DNA from: an uncultured Planctomycetales bacterium
Lineage (GTDB): Bacteria > Omnitrophota > Gorgyraeia > Zapsychrales > JANLHA01
NCBI GenBank assembly: GCA_964374105.1
Contig: CAYJXI010000003.1
Coordinates: 13,336 to 77,335, forward strand
Direction: 5' to 3'
DNA length: 64,000 nucleotides
Shown here: positions 28,376 through 38,123 of the stretch, in pieces
Layout: every line of letters begins with the position of its first letter
Position numbering within the stretch: position 1 is the first letter of the stretch
Position numbers and translations under genes: made by a program
Notes under the pieces: generated by a model
The model's input: the letters and a program-made list of their open reading frames with translations, nothing else
What the model was told of the DNA's origin: nothing
Database searches by the model: none

Positions 28376-29398
28376 TTATTTTTTTAATAAGTGATATCCC
28401 AAGCCTGCGATCATAGCTGCATTATCAAGGCAAAGAGCTGTGGGTGGAAAGAAAAGGTCAATTGTGTATTGGGCAGTTTCCTGTTTTAACTTTTTTCTTA
28501 GCATGGAATTCGCCGCTACCCCTCCTCCCACCAGCAGTGTCTTGACCTTTTTATTAAAACAGGCCTGCAGACATTTTTTAACCACAACCGAAATGACACT
28601 CTCTTGGAAGGCATACGCTATTTGAGGGACAGAAAATTCTGATTTGGTCTTCTGATCCTGTTGGTAATAGAGGATGGCAGTTTTAATCCCACTGAAACTA
28701 AAGTCAAAGTTTCCGGGGAGTTCAGCGCATGGGAATCGAAGCGAGCATTTTTCCCCCTTTAAAGCCAACCGATCAATGATCGGACCTCCGGGATATCCCA
28801 AGTTTAAAATTTTGGCGACTTTATCAAAGGTTTCTCCCAAGGCATCATCCCGGGTTTGTCCTAAGAGTTCAAAATGGGATAAATCTTTAATATAATAAAG
28901 ACAAGAATGTCCTCCTGAGACAACCAATCCAATGGCCGGCAAGAGAGGTTTTGATAAAGGCCGATTGGGTTTTGTTGTCTCAGGAGGAAGATTGATTTTA
29001 GAACACTCGCGTGGTTTATCTTTCAGGGAATCATTCAGGAAGTTAGCATACAAATGGGCTTTAATATGATCAACCTCAATAAGCGGTTTTTGGGCGGCAA
29101 AACACAAGGCCCGGGCATAAGAAATCCCTACCAATAAGGAACCGATGAGGCCGGGAGATTGGGTGACTGCGATGGCATGAATGTTTTTTAATTTAAGACC
29201 GGCCATCTCCAAAGCCGATTTAGCAACCGCGTTGATCAGTTCAATCTGACGCCGAGAAGCAATTTCTGGAATGATTCCACCATACTTTATATGATCCTTG
29301 AGACTGGAGGCAACTACATTGGATAAAATGGTCGTTCCATTCCTCACAATGGAAGCCGCGGTCTCATCACAAGAAGTTTCAATCCCTAAGATATTCAT
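28376..29398 (-). CDS. tsaD: tRNA N6-adenosine threonylcarbamoyltransferase.
   Basis: MNILGIETSCDETAASIV, GGVAAN and the His-pair region are Kae1/TsaD signatures. Confidence 0.9.
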   Translation of the reverse strand: MNILGIETSCDETAASIVRNGTTILSNVVASSLKDHIKYGGIIPEIASRRQIELINAVAKSALEMAGLKLKNIHAIAVTQSPGLIGSLLVGISYARALCFAAQKPLIEVDHIKAHLYANFLNDSLKDKPRECSKINLPPETTKPNRPLSKPLLPAIGLVVSGGHSCLYYIKDLSHFELLGQTRDDALGETFDKVAKILNLGYPGGPIIDRLALKGEKCSLRFPCAELPGNFDFSFSGIKTAILYYQQDQKTKSEFSVPQIAYAFQESVISVVVKKCLQACFNKKVKTLLVGGGVAANSMLRKKLKQETAQYTIDLFFPPTALCLDNAAMIAGLGYHLLKK

Positions 29399-29480
29399 AA
29401 CTTGATTCCCTGCTCCTTGATAACTTAAGTCATTCCGTTAAGTATCTATTCTGAATTTGGTGGTTCACTTGAAATAAATT

Positions 29481-30482
29481 TCAATTTTTAGTTAAAGAAG
29501 AGATCATGGATTTCACCGTAACGAATTCAAACCCTTCCTTAGAGAGTTTTTCGGTTTGTTCTTTAACAATTTGCCAGGTCAGATCACGGGCATGGCCAAT
29601 GGCTATGGCCCTCCCCTTTTGTCTGGCTTTCCGTACTAATATGCGAAACTGTTTCTCTATGTATACACGATCATTGTTATTATCCAAAAAAACATCTCGT
29701 TCGGCAAAGGGGATTTTGAGTTTAGCAGTTAATCTACGGCACACGGATTTATCAGTGACACGGCTATCCACAAAATAAAGATCAAACTTAGCCATTTCTT
29801 GAAAGATAATTGACATGAGATAGGTATTTTCGGTTGCTTTGGACCCCATATGATTATTCACCCCAGATGCATAAGGAATCCCCTTAAGCGACTGTTTAAT
29901 AAGATTCAGTATGAGTTCTTTAGGCATACTGGTCTTAATGATGTAGTTATCCGGATAGTTTTCTGTATTCACATAGGGTTCAAGGGGCAGATGGAGCATC
30001 ACCTCTTTATCATTTTCATGGGCACAATGGGCGATATCCGTTGAATAAGTTAAATCCGGTAAAATAGAGACAGTGAGAGGAACCTCGATAGCTCTAAGGA
30101 ATTCGCAATCCCTGATATTGTAACCACTATCATCAATGATGATGGCGATTTGGTAACGGGATTTCGTAAGGGGTTTTTGGGGAGGGAAGGATTTTTCCTC
30201 CGGAACGATGGAAGACACCCTTGGAGTAGAGATCTTTTTAGGTAAAGCAAGATTATGGGACTGTTTGGGGATAGATTGAGGTTTCAACTTTTTCGATTGC
30301 ACAGAAGCAATAGGAACTGGCTTGCGAGTTTTTGGTCCCGATTGGGAAGGTTCTTTTAAATAACTCCTTAAGATAAGGAAACTTTGGAAAATGACGATGG
30401 CTAAAAGCAAAACAATGATTTGATTCTGCCTTGAGCTAAGAGGAGGTTTAGGTCCTGACCTTTTATGTCTGCGAGGGGACAT
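29481..30482 (-). CDS. Divergent polysaccharide deacetylase (YibQ-like) with an N-terminal TM segment and a proline/lysine-rich linker.
   Basis: IAIIIDDSGYN...PLTVSILP...HLPLEP...GVNNHMGS matches the YibQ/DUF610 family. Confidence 0.6.
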   Translation of the reverse strand: MSPRRHKRSGPKPPLSSRQNQIIVLLLAIVIFQSFLILRSYLKEPSQSGPKTRKPVPIASVQSKKLKPQSIPKQSHNLALPKKISTPRVSSIVPEEKSFPPQKPLTKSRYQIAIIIDDSGYNIRDCEFLRAIEVPLTVSILPDLTYSTDIAHCAHENDKEVMLHLPLEPYVNTENYPDNYIIKTSMPKELILNLIKQSLKGIPYASGVNNHMGSKATENTYLMSIIFQEMAKFDLYFVDSRVTDKSVCRRLTAKLKIPFAERDVFLDNNNDRVYIEKQFRILVRKARQKGRAIAIGHARDLTWQIVKEQTEKLSKEGFEFVTVKSMISSLTKN

Positions 30483-30585
30483 AGTCGGATTTTGATCAAG
30501 AGAGTCATGAAACTTAGAACGAGGAAAATCTTTAAGGATTCTTGAGACTTAGAAATTTTTAGGATGTTTCATCCCCATTGCCCTA

Positions 30586-31899
30586 TCAACTGGGGGGGCC
30601 AAAACTATTGACAGTTTTAATCCCTTTAATAACGCTCAGTGCACTCTGGATCTGATTATCATTCAGAAGACGATCACGAACTTCTTTCTCTTTCTTTGAG
30701 AGTTTCAATTCTTCTGGATCTTTGGCATCGCGTATCTGCACATCATCAAAGATTTTTTCTACGTCTTTAGATTTTTCATCCTTCTCATCTTCTTCTGTTT
30801 TAGGATAAATTTTTTTGACTTCAATATCAGGAGCAATGCCTGTTCCATGGATGGATCGGCCGGAAGGAGTAAAATATTTACTGGTGGTTAATCTGAGCCC
30901 TGAACCATCGGGCAAGGGAATGACAGATTGCACCGACCCTTTCCCGAAAGATTGGGTTCCCAGAATCACGGAGCGTTTGTTATCTTGCAGCGCCCCCGCA
31001 AGGATTTCACTCCCTGAAGCACTTCCTTCATTGATTAAAACTATCACCGGCCAATCGAGAACCTTGCCTTGGGTATTCTTAGAGCGTGTTTCGATTGTCT
31101 GAGATGCACGACGGCCCTTTGTGGAGACGATCAGTTGGCCTTCTTTTAAGAATTCTTCTGTGATTTTGATTGCGATATTAAGTAATCCTCCGGGATTGTT
31201 GCGTAAATCCAAAATAAGACTATCCGCCCCCTGTTGTCTCAATTTGTCCAGGGCCTTATGGAATTCTTTATGTGATTCCTCTCGGAATTCCGTTAAGCGA
31301 ATATAACCAATATTATCTTTGAGAACCTGGGTGTCTTTGACATCCTGGATGTGGATGATTTCTCTAACGATTGTGAAATCATGCAATTTGAATTCTTCTT
31401 CCCGTAAAATGGTGATGTGGATTTTTGTTCCCGGATCCCCGCGCAGTCTTTTGACGGCCTCACTTAAAGTTAAATCTTTGGTTAGCTCATTCTCAATTTT
31501 TACGATTCGATCCCCGGCCTTGATCCCAGCCTTCCAGGCGGGGGTATCTTCCAGAGGGGTAATGACAGTTAATAATCCATCGCGAATGGAAATTTCAATT
31601 CCCAGGCCGCCAAATTTCCCTTGGGTTTCCGTTTTGAGATCCTTGTATTCTTCTGGATCCAGAAACTGGCTATGAGGATCTAAAGAAGCTAACATCCCTC
31701 TTAAAGATCCGTAAATCAATTCCTTGGGAGTCTTTTCATCAACGTATTCCGATTGAATGGTCGTCAGACCATAACTGAAGAGTTCAATCTGGGAATACAA
31801 ATCGTCAATCGCGGATTTATCTAATTGAGAAATAGCAATGGTCCCAAGTGATAGAATCAAAAAAATAACGAGCAGAAAACAGAAGATTTTTTTACTCAT
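30586..31899 (-). CDS. ctpA: C-terminal processing peptidase (S41 family).
   Basis: PDZ domain (GDRIVKIEN), the S41 catalytic blocks GGLLNIA...INEGSASGSEILAGALQD...GKGSVQ, and an N-terminal signal/TM segment. Confidence 0.85.
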   Translation of the reverse strand: MSKKIFCFLLVIFLILSLGTIAISQLDKSAIDDLYSQIELFSYGLTTIQSEYVDEKTPKELIYGSLRGMLASLDPHSQFLDPEEYKDLKTETQGKFGGLGIEISIRDGLLTVITPLEDTPAWKAGIKAGDRIVKIENELTKDLTLSEAVKRLRGDPGTKIHITILREEEFKLHDFTIVREIIHIQDVKDTQVLKDNIGYIRLTEFREESHKEFHKALDKLRQQGADSLILDLRNNPGGLLNIAIKITEEFLKEGQLIVSTKGRRASQTIETRSKNTQGKVLDWPVIVLINEGSASGSEILAGALQDNKRSVILGTQSFGKGSVQSVIPLPDGSGLRLTTSKYFTPSGRSIHGTGIAPDIEVKKIYPKTEEDEKDEKSKDVEKIFDDVQIRDAKDPEELKLSKKEKEVRDRLLNDNQIQSALSVIKGIKTVNSFGPPS

Positions 31900-33356
31900 G
31901 CTTTAAGCCTCCTTTTGATAATTTCTCCTACCTTTTTAGGATTGGCTTTCCCTTCCGATTTGCGCATGGTCTGGCCAATGAGAAAGCCTAAGGCAGATTC
32001 TTTACCTTGTTTGATTTGTTCCACAATAGGTTCGTGTTGATTTAAAACTTCTGCAATGATCTTCTCTAGGGTCTCCTCATCAGAAATTTGGGATAGCCCT
32101 TTTTCTTGAATAATCTCATTGGCAGTCTTTCCCGTATCAATAATCGTAGCAAGGATGTCCTTCCCAACTAAATTACTGACAACCCCTTTTTCCACCTTTG
32201 CGATAAGATCGGTGAATACGTTTTCATCGAGTTTTAATTCATTTAAGGATTTTTTTCGGGAATTTAATTCTTGCTGCAGGGGCCCGATAATCCAGTTGCA
32301 GATTTTTTTAGTTTCAGGATAAAGTTTTGTGCATTTTTCAAATAAATCTGCGATTTGTTGATCTTGAATGAGGATTTGGGCATCATAATCGATCAATTTG
32401 TATTGATCTTGCAAACGTTTCAGTTTTTGAGCTGGTAATTCGGGTAAGGATTGTCGGATATCCTCAATGGATTTATGATTTAAGATAAATGGCACAAGGT
32501 CAGGTTCAGGAAAATAACGATAATCATGAGCTTCTTCTTTACTGCGCATAGGAATGGTGGTTTGGGATTTCTCATCCCAAAGGCGTGTCTCTTGATTGAT
32601 TCGTTCGCGAGCCAGGATAAGTTTTCGATGCCGTTGTTCTTCATATTCCAGAGCGGATTTGACCGCTTTGAAGGAATTCATATTTTTTAACTCAGTTTTG
32701 GTCCCCAGTTTGCTCTCTCCTTTTTCCCGGACAGAAATGTTAGCATCACAGCGCAAACTCCCTTTTTCCATGTCACAATCTGATACCTGAAGGTATTGCA
32801 GGTTGAGTTTGAGTGTTGTCAAATAATCATAAGCTTCCTGGGGAGAGCGGATATCTGGTTCCGTGACAATCTCCAGGAGGGGTGTGCCGGTACGGTTGTA
32901 ATCAACCAAACTACATTTTGCTTGAGGATCATGGATAAGTTTTCCTGCGTCCTCTTCCAAGTGAGCCCGTTTGATTCTGATTTTTTTTGGTCCTTCTGGG
33001 GTGGGAACCAGCAAAGACCCATCGCAAGCAATGGGAAGATCGTACTGGGAAATTTGGTATCCTTTGGGAAGATCGGGATAATAGTAATTCTTTCGGTCAA
33101 ATTTTATCTTTGGATTTACCCGGCTATTCAAAGCCAAAGATACTTTAATAGCATAAAAGAGAGCGGTTTGATTGAGAACAGGTAGACTCCCAGGGAGTCC
33201 TAAACAAACCGGACAAGTTTGGCTATTGGGTTCTTGCCCAAATTCATTGGCACAGCCACAGAAAATTTTGGTTTTAGTGTTAAACTGCAAATGGACCTCT
33301 AATCCGATCACTGTCTCAAGTTTCTGATCAATTGTATTTTTTAACATAGCCATCAA
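31896..33356 (-). CDS. gatB: Asp/Glu-tRNA(Asn/Gln) amidotransferase subunit B.
   Basis: IGLEVHLQ...CPVCLGLPGSLP are GatB N-terminal signatures. The GatB/YqeY-type C-terminal domain is present. Confidence 0.95.
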   Translation of the reverse strand: MMAMLKNTIDQKLETVIGLEVHLQFNTKTKIFCGCANEFGQEPNSQTCPVCLGLPGSLPVLNQTALFYAIKVSLALNSRVNPKIKFDRKNYYYPDLPKGYQISQYDLPIACDGSLLVPTPEGPKKIRIKRAHLEEDAGKLIHDPQAKCSLVDYNRTGTPLLEIVTEPDIRSPQEAYDYLTTLKLNLQYLQVSDCDMEKGSLRCDANISVREKGESKLGTKTELKNMNSFKAVKSALEYEEQRHRKLILARERINQETRLWDEKSQTTIPMRSKEEAHDYRYFPEPDLVPFILNHKSIEDIRQSLPELPAQKLKRLQDQYKLIDYDAQILIQDQQIADLFEKCTKLYPETKKICNWIIGPLQQELNSRKKSLNELKLDENVFTDLIAKVEKGVVSNLVGKDILATIIDTGKTANEIIQEKGLSQISDEETLEKIIAEVLNQHEPIVEQIKQGKESALGFLIGQTMRKSEGKANPKKVGEIIKRRLKA

Positions 33357-34796
33357 TTATATTTTTGCCTTATATTTGTGCCAATCGGTACATTGTTCAT
33401 ATGTGTAGGCAATCCTAAACATCAGTTCTTCATTAAAAGGTTTAGTGATGATTTGTAGTCCGATAGGTAACCCCTTTTTAGAAAAGCCGCAAGGAACCGA
33501 TATGGCGGGAACTCCACTCAAATTCACCGAGATTGTATAAATATCAGAAAGGTACATGGCAAGAGGATCGTTGATTTTTTCACCTAATCGAAAGGCAGGG
33601 GTAGGTGATGTGGGTGTAAAAATGGCATCAAACTCTTCAAAAACTTTATCAAAATCTTTTTTGATTAAGGTCCTCACCTTCTGAGCTTGTAAATAGTAGG
33701 CATCGTAATAACCGGAGGATAAAGAATATGTCCCTAGCATAATGCGGCGTTTGGCTTCATTCCCAAATCCAGTATCCCGAGTTTCTTCATACATGTCTAC
33801 CAGGGAGGAAAAGCGATTTTTTGTTGGTTGACAACGTAGACCATATTGAACACCATCATAACGGGCGAGATTCGAACTGGCCTCAGCGGTGGCAATGATA
33901 TAATAGGTGGCCACACAATATTCGGTATGAGGCAAAGAAATCTCTTTAAACTGGGCCCCTTGTTTTTTAAATACTTCAATTGCGGATTCAATGGCTTCTT
34001 TGACCTCCTTGTCCAGGCCATCTATAAAATATTCTTTCGGGATTCCAATTATTAATCCCTTTACGTCCTTGATTAAAGACTGGGTATAATCAGCAGCTGG
34101 TTGATTAACAGAAGTGGAATCTCTTTCATCATGTCCTGCGATGATTTTTAAAAGAAGAGCACTATCGGTCACATCTTTGGTAATGGGTCCAATTTGATCG
34201 AGGCTTGAGGCAAAAGCGACCAAACCATAACGAGAAACCCGTCCGTAAGTGGGTTTAACCCCAACAACTCCACAAAACGAGGCGGGTTGCCGAATAGACC
34301 CTCCTGTATCCGAACCCAAGGCCCAGATGGCTTCGTGGGCACAAACAGCAGCCGCTGAACCACCGGAAGAACCCCCGGGAACATATTCCGTATTCCAAGG
34401 ATTATGCGTTGGCCCATAACAAGAATTTTCGGTAGAGGAACCAAAAGCAAACTCATCCATATTAGTATGACCAAGAAAAATTGCCCCACTCGTTTTGAGT
34501 TTTTCTATAACCGTTGCATCATAGGGAGGCTTAAAACCTTTTAAAATTCGTGAACAACAAGTTGTCTCCATGTCCTTGATACATAAATTATCTTTTATCG
34601 CAATGGGAATGGGATAGGGTCCCCCATCCTGTAATTTAGAAAAATTATTTTCTGTATTTAATCTCACATAAGCTTTAATTTTATGATCAGTTTGTTTTAT
34701 CTTTTCCGTGATGGATTGATAAATATCTTGGACTGAGACCTTATCTTGTTTTAAGAGATCAAGAAGTTCATGAGCGGTGATTTCATTGAGATTCAT
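33357..34796 (-). CDS. gatA: Glu-tRNA(Gln) amidotransferase subunit A.
   Basis: Amidase signature [11 protein letters not shown] and the Ser-cisSer-Lys triad region. Confidence 0.95.
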   Translation of the reverse strand: MNLNEITAHELLDLLKQDKVSVQDIYQSITEKIKQTDHKIKAYVRLNTENNFSKLQDGGPYPIPIAIKDNLCIKDMETTCCSRILKGFKPPYDATVIEKLKTSGAIFLGHTNMDEFAFGSSTENSCYGPTHNPWNTEYVPGGSSGGSAAAVCAHEAIWALGSDTGGSIRQPASFCGVVGVKPTYGRVSRYGLVAFASSLDQIGPITKDVTDSALLLKIIAGHDERDSTSVNQPAADYTQSLIKDVKGLIIGIPKEYFIDGLDKEVKEAIESAIEVFKKQGAQFKEISLPHTEYCVATYYIIATAEASSNLARYDGVQYGLRCQPTKNRFSSLVDMYEETRDTGFGNEAKRRIMLGTYSLSSGYYDAYYLQAQKVRTLIKKDFDKVFEEFDAIFTPTSPTPAFRLGEKINDPLAMYLSDIYTISVNLSGVPAISVPCGFSKKGLPIGLQIITKPFNEELMFRIAYTYEQCTDWHKYKAKI

Positions 34797-34805
34797 AGTT
34801 CGATC

Positions 34806-35090
34806 CTATTCAATGACTTGAGGAACTTGAAAGAACCCTTTAGCCTGAGCACTCCCCATTTTCAAAACCGCTCCTTGATTTAATGAAGGTTTTCTTTTAT
34901 CCTCACGGAAAACATTCTGAAGGGGTAAAACGTGACTGGTTGGCTCAATCCCACTGACATCGAGCTTTTTTAACTTCTCAATATAATTAAGTATTTCCTC
35001 AAGATCGGTCGTTAATGCTTCTAATTCATTCTCCTCTAAATTAATCCGGGCTAGGTGAGAAATATACTTGACATTATTCTTTGAGATCAT
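34806..35090 (-). CDS. gatC: Glu-tRNA(Gln) amidotransferase subunit C.
   Basis: A 94-aa protein. VKYISHLARINLEENELE is the GatC motif. It lies upstream of gatA in the same orientation. Confidence 0.85.
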   Translation of the reverse strand: MISKNNVKYISHLARINLEENELEALTTDLEEILNYIEKLKKLDVSGIEPTSHVLPLQNVFREDKRKPSLNQGAVLKMGSAQAKGFFQVPQVIE

Positions 35091-35170
35091 AGGCTAGTAT
35101 TAAATTTTCTAATAATATTAACCAAATTTGAAGTCCTTATATTACCATCAAAGAATAGGTGTGACAAGAT

Positions 35171-35557
35171 TTAACTATTCATAAGAAGAATTTTCAGATC
35201 TTCCGGGATCGGGACTGGTTTAAATTTTTTATTGAGGCAGGCTAGACTTACTTCTGCTTGAACGATAAGGTTTCCTGAGCGTTTGTTATAAATACTCTGC
35301 TCAAAAAATATCTGGGCGGCGGTCACTTTAATTAATTTGGCCTCACAAAATAGAATGTCCCCGTATTTTGCCGGACTAAGGTATTGGATTGTGCATTTTC
35401 TGACCGCATAAATTAACCCTCTTTGCTGAAAGTGTTGTACACTTAATCCTTTTTTTTCCAGGAATTCTGTTCTAGCCTCTTCTAAATATTTGAGATAATT
35501 TCCGTAGTAGACCACTCCTCCGGCATCAGTATCATGATAATAAATTCGTTTATCCAT
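35171..35557 (-). CDS. Acyl-CoA thioesterase (YbgC/4HBT hotdog family).
   Basis: YYHDTDAGGVVYYGNYLKYLEEAR matches the hotdog-fold thioesterase motif. Confidence 0.7.
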   Translation of the reverse strand: MDKRIYYHDTDAGGVVYYGNYLKYLEEARTEFLEKKGLSVQHFQQRGLIYAVRKCTIQYLSPAKYGDILFCEAKLIKVTAAQIFFEQSIYNKRSGNLIVQAEVSLACLNKKFKPVPIPEDLKILLMNS

Positions 35558-35676
35558 AAAAGAAGTACAGAAAAATGATGTTTGCTATTAAGGATATCCA
35601 GGAAATCGGACGATAAAAACTAGCAATACTTTTATCATTCGATAAGAATTGTGTCAAGCAATACTCCCTATTTTTA

Positions 35677-35705
35677 TTGTTTAAGCGATACAAAAATTTT
35701 ATAAT
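35677..35705 (+). promoter_or_regulatory. Candidate sigma70 promoter (TTGTTT-N17-TATAAT) driving a short plus-strand transcript.
   Basis: TTGTTT at 35677-35682, a 17-nt spacer, TATAAT at 35700-35705. An intrinsic terminator lies about 45 nt downstream. Confidence 0.3.
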
Positions 35706-35744
35706 CATTCCTTGCATCACTATTATGAATATGCTATATTTAAA

Positions 35745-35790
35745 CTGGCCACGGAGAAAGAATGTGAAAATTCTGGTGGCCTTTTTTTTT
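35745..35790 (+). terminator. Rho-independent terminator (GGCCAC...GTGGCC stem followed by a T9 tract).
   Basis: GGCCAC (35747-35752) pairs with GTGGCC (35776-35781), followed by nine T's at 35782-35790. It is the only hairpin in the window with a strong U-tract. Confidence 0.5.
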
Positions 35791-35850
35791 GGCCAGAACT
35801 TAGGTTTTTTCGCTCCAATTCTAACATAATCATTTAGGGAGAAATAAGTT

Positions 35851-36276
35851 ATGTTTGCCCAATCCTCAGAAAGCAGCGATCAAACTGGCCAACCTCCGAA
35901 GGATTCCGGTAGCGATAATCGATATTTACCTCGCTGGGAAGTTCAAAATCGTATCCTCTATAAATTTAATGATGAGTCCAAGGTCCGCGAATGCCAAAGT
36001 AAGGATATCAGTTGTGCCGGAGCCTGTCTTCTAACTCCGGAACGCCTTCCTAAAAATAAAAAAATCAAGTTAACAATTTATTTGAATGATGATAAGTATA
36101 TCGAAGTTCAAGGACACATCGCTTGGACCAAGGTACAAGGGAATGAACATTTAGTTGGTATTAGTTTTTATAATACCAATGAAAAGGACCAAGAATTGAT
36201 CCTGAAATATGCTTTTGAAATTAAAAAAGAAGATGTGATTAAGCATTGGTTTAAGGGTTGGAATAGCAGCAATTAA
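35851..36276 (+). CDS. PilZ-domain protein (c-di-GMP receptor candidate).
   Basis: NRYLPRWEV is the RxxxR motif and DISCAGACL is the D/NxSxxG motif; together they form the c-di-GMP-binding PilZ signature. It is the only non-IS plus-strand gene. RBS GGGAG. Confidence 0.6.
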   Translation: MFAQSSESSDQTGQPPKDSGSDNRYLPRWEVQNRILYKFNDESKVRECQSKDISCAGACLLTPERLPKNKKIKLTIYLNDDKYIEVQGHIAWTKVQGNEHLVGISFYNTNEKDQELILKYAFEIKKEDVIKHWFKGWNSSN

Positions 36277-37112
36277 TCTGGCGATGATGTTTTTTCCCTT
36301 CTCTCCCTCCCCTGGAAGGACCTATTCGCAATATCGATGTAATTTTTCAAAGTTAAATTTTCTGCTCTTAAATTTTCATTAATTTTTAAATGATTTAATA
36401 TTTCCAAGAGTTTCCCCTTCCCAATTAATAAGGAAAGGGAATTGACAATTTTCTTTCTACGTAAAACGAAGGCCTGCTGAATGATTTGAGAAAGATAATC
36501 TTCATTCTGAGCCGGAAATGCGGGAGGAAGAAAATTCAAATGGATAAAACAGGAATTGACTTTAGGAATTGGACGAAACGAAAGAGCGGAAATTTTAAAT
36601 AGAATGGAAACATCAGCGTAATACTGAACAAAACAAGTCAAAGCCCCGTAGTCCTTGGAATTCACCGGAGCCACCAAACGTTGGGCAAATTCTAATTGAA
36701 CGGTTAAAAAGGCTTCCTTAAGTCGGTCACGATTCCGGATCAATTTTTCTAAGATGGGAGTGGAAATATGATAAGGAAGATTTCCTATGATTTTTGTCAA
36801 TAAAGGTAAAGTTTTAAAATTGATTTTGAGAAAATCTTCACAAAACATAGTGAGATTGTCTTGACTCAATTGTTGAGCGAGTTTTTCATAAAGGAGGGGG
36901 TCCGATTCAACTGTGTAAAGGTGTTTGACTCGCTTGATGATTTCTTGGGTCAAGGCACCTAATCCCGGACCGATTTCCAAAACAATATCTTGTTTAGTCA
37001 GATGACATGAAGCGATCATACGTTCTTTAATTTTTGCTTCAATCAAAAAATGTTGGCTTAAATGCTTTTTAGGGGAAAGAAAAGGAAAGGACTTTATAAT
37101 ATTTTTTTTCAT
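36273..37112 (-). CDS. rsmA: 16S rRNA (adenine1518/1519-N6)-dimethyltransferase.
   Basis: LSQHFL, VLEIGPGLGALT and NLPY motifs. Confidence 0.9.
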   Translation of the reverse strand: MKKNIIKSFPFLSPKKHLSQHFLIEAKIKERMIASCHLTKQDIVLEIGPGLGALTQEIIKRVKHLYTVESDPLLYEKLAQQLSQDNLTMFCEDFLKINFKTLPLLTKIIGNLPYHISTPILEKLIRNRDRLKEAFLTVQLEFAQRLVAPVNSKDYGALTCFVQYYADVSILFKISALSFRPIPKVNSCFIHLNFLPPAFPAQNEDYLSQIIQQAFVLRRKKIVNSLSLLIGKGKLLEILNHLKINENLRAENLTLKNYIDIANRSFQGRERREKTSSPD

Positions 37113-37131
37113 CGATTATGAATGAACTTGG

Positions 37132-38103
37132 CTAGAAAAGAAGCCTGTCTTTAGGAATCTTTGACAATTGACAAGCCAATCTGATGGCCTCACTCATGGA
37201 AGAAGGATCAGCCTTATTTTGTCCGGCAATATCAAAGGCAGGGCCATGGGCCGGAGATGTTCGAATAAAGGGAAGACCTATCGTTAGATTGACCGTTTTA
37301 CCAAAATATTGGGTTTTGATGGGGATGAGGCCCTGATCATGGTACATAGCAATAATACAGGCAAATTTTTGGGCAACATGTGGAATAAAAATTGTGTCAC
37401 TGGCCAAAGGCCCCAGAACATCCATCCCCTCTTGTTGTGCTTTATGGACGGCAGGTATGATTTGGGTTTTTTCTTCATGACCCATTGTACCTCCCTCTCC
37501 GGCATGAGGATTGATCCCACATATCGCAACCCTGGGCTTTCTGATTCTAAAATAACGCTTTAAAGCCTTTTCTGCCAAACAAATTGTTTGATAAACTTTT
37601 CGGGGAGTAATAGTCTGGCTTACATCTTTAAGAGGAATGTGACGAGTGACGATGATCGTGCGTAATTTTGGGCTGATAAACATCATCTCATATTCCTGAA
37701 CACCAAAAGCCTTGGCTAAATATTCTGTGTGTCCTTCAAATCGCTCTCCCAAAGAAGAGATGGCTTCTTTAGAAACCGGAGCAGTCACTAAGCAGTCAAT
37801 TTCCTTTATTTTCAATAGATCAATAGCCTTGTTAAGATAATTTAAAGAGGCGCGTGCACTAAACCGGTTGGGGTGACCCATTTTGAATTTTCCCTTGAGG
37901 GACTGATTTAAATCTATCAAAGAACAACGGCTGCCTTTGAAAATTTTAAATGGTAAAAGATCTTTATCTCCGATTATTTTATAGGACCCTAATCTTTTAA
38001 TCGAATCTGACTGCAAGGATTTGGCTATAACCTCAGGACCAATTCCGGCCGGATCACCGATGGTAATGCCCACACATGGTTTTGATTGAGGGAAGGTTGA
38101 CAT
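37132..38103 (-). CDS. pdxA: 4-hydroxythreonine-4-phosphate dehydrogenase.
   Basis: VGITIGDPAGIGPEV, GHTEYLA and NPHAGEGG blocks. Confidence 0.9.
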   Translation of the reverse strand: MSTFPQSKPCVGITIGDPAGIGPEVIAKSLQSDSIKRLGSYKIIGDKDLLPFKIFKGSRCSLIDLNQSLKGKFKMGHPNRFSARASLNYLNKAIDLLKIKEIDCLVTAPVSKEAISSLGERFEGHTEYLAKAFGVQEYEMMFISPKLRTIIVTRHIPLKDVSQTITPRKVYQTICLAEKALKRYFRIRKPRVAICGINPHAGEGGTMGHEEKTQIIPAVHKAQQEGMDVLGPLASDTIFIPHVAQKFACIIAMYHDQGLIPIKTQYFGKTVNLTIGLPFIRTSPAHGPAFDIAGQNKADPSSMSEAIRLACQLSKIPKDRLLF

Positions 38104-38123
38104 AAGACAACTTGCTTAAAAAA

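Noticed and set aside
35745-35800. Reading the GGCCTTTTTTTTTGGCC hairpin as a minus-strand terminator for the thioesterase gene.
   Set aside because: The thioesterase is transcribed away from this site, and its start, not its stop, faces it. The U-tract is on the plus strand only.
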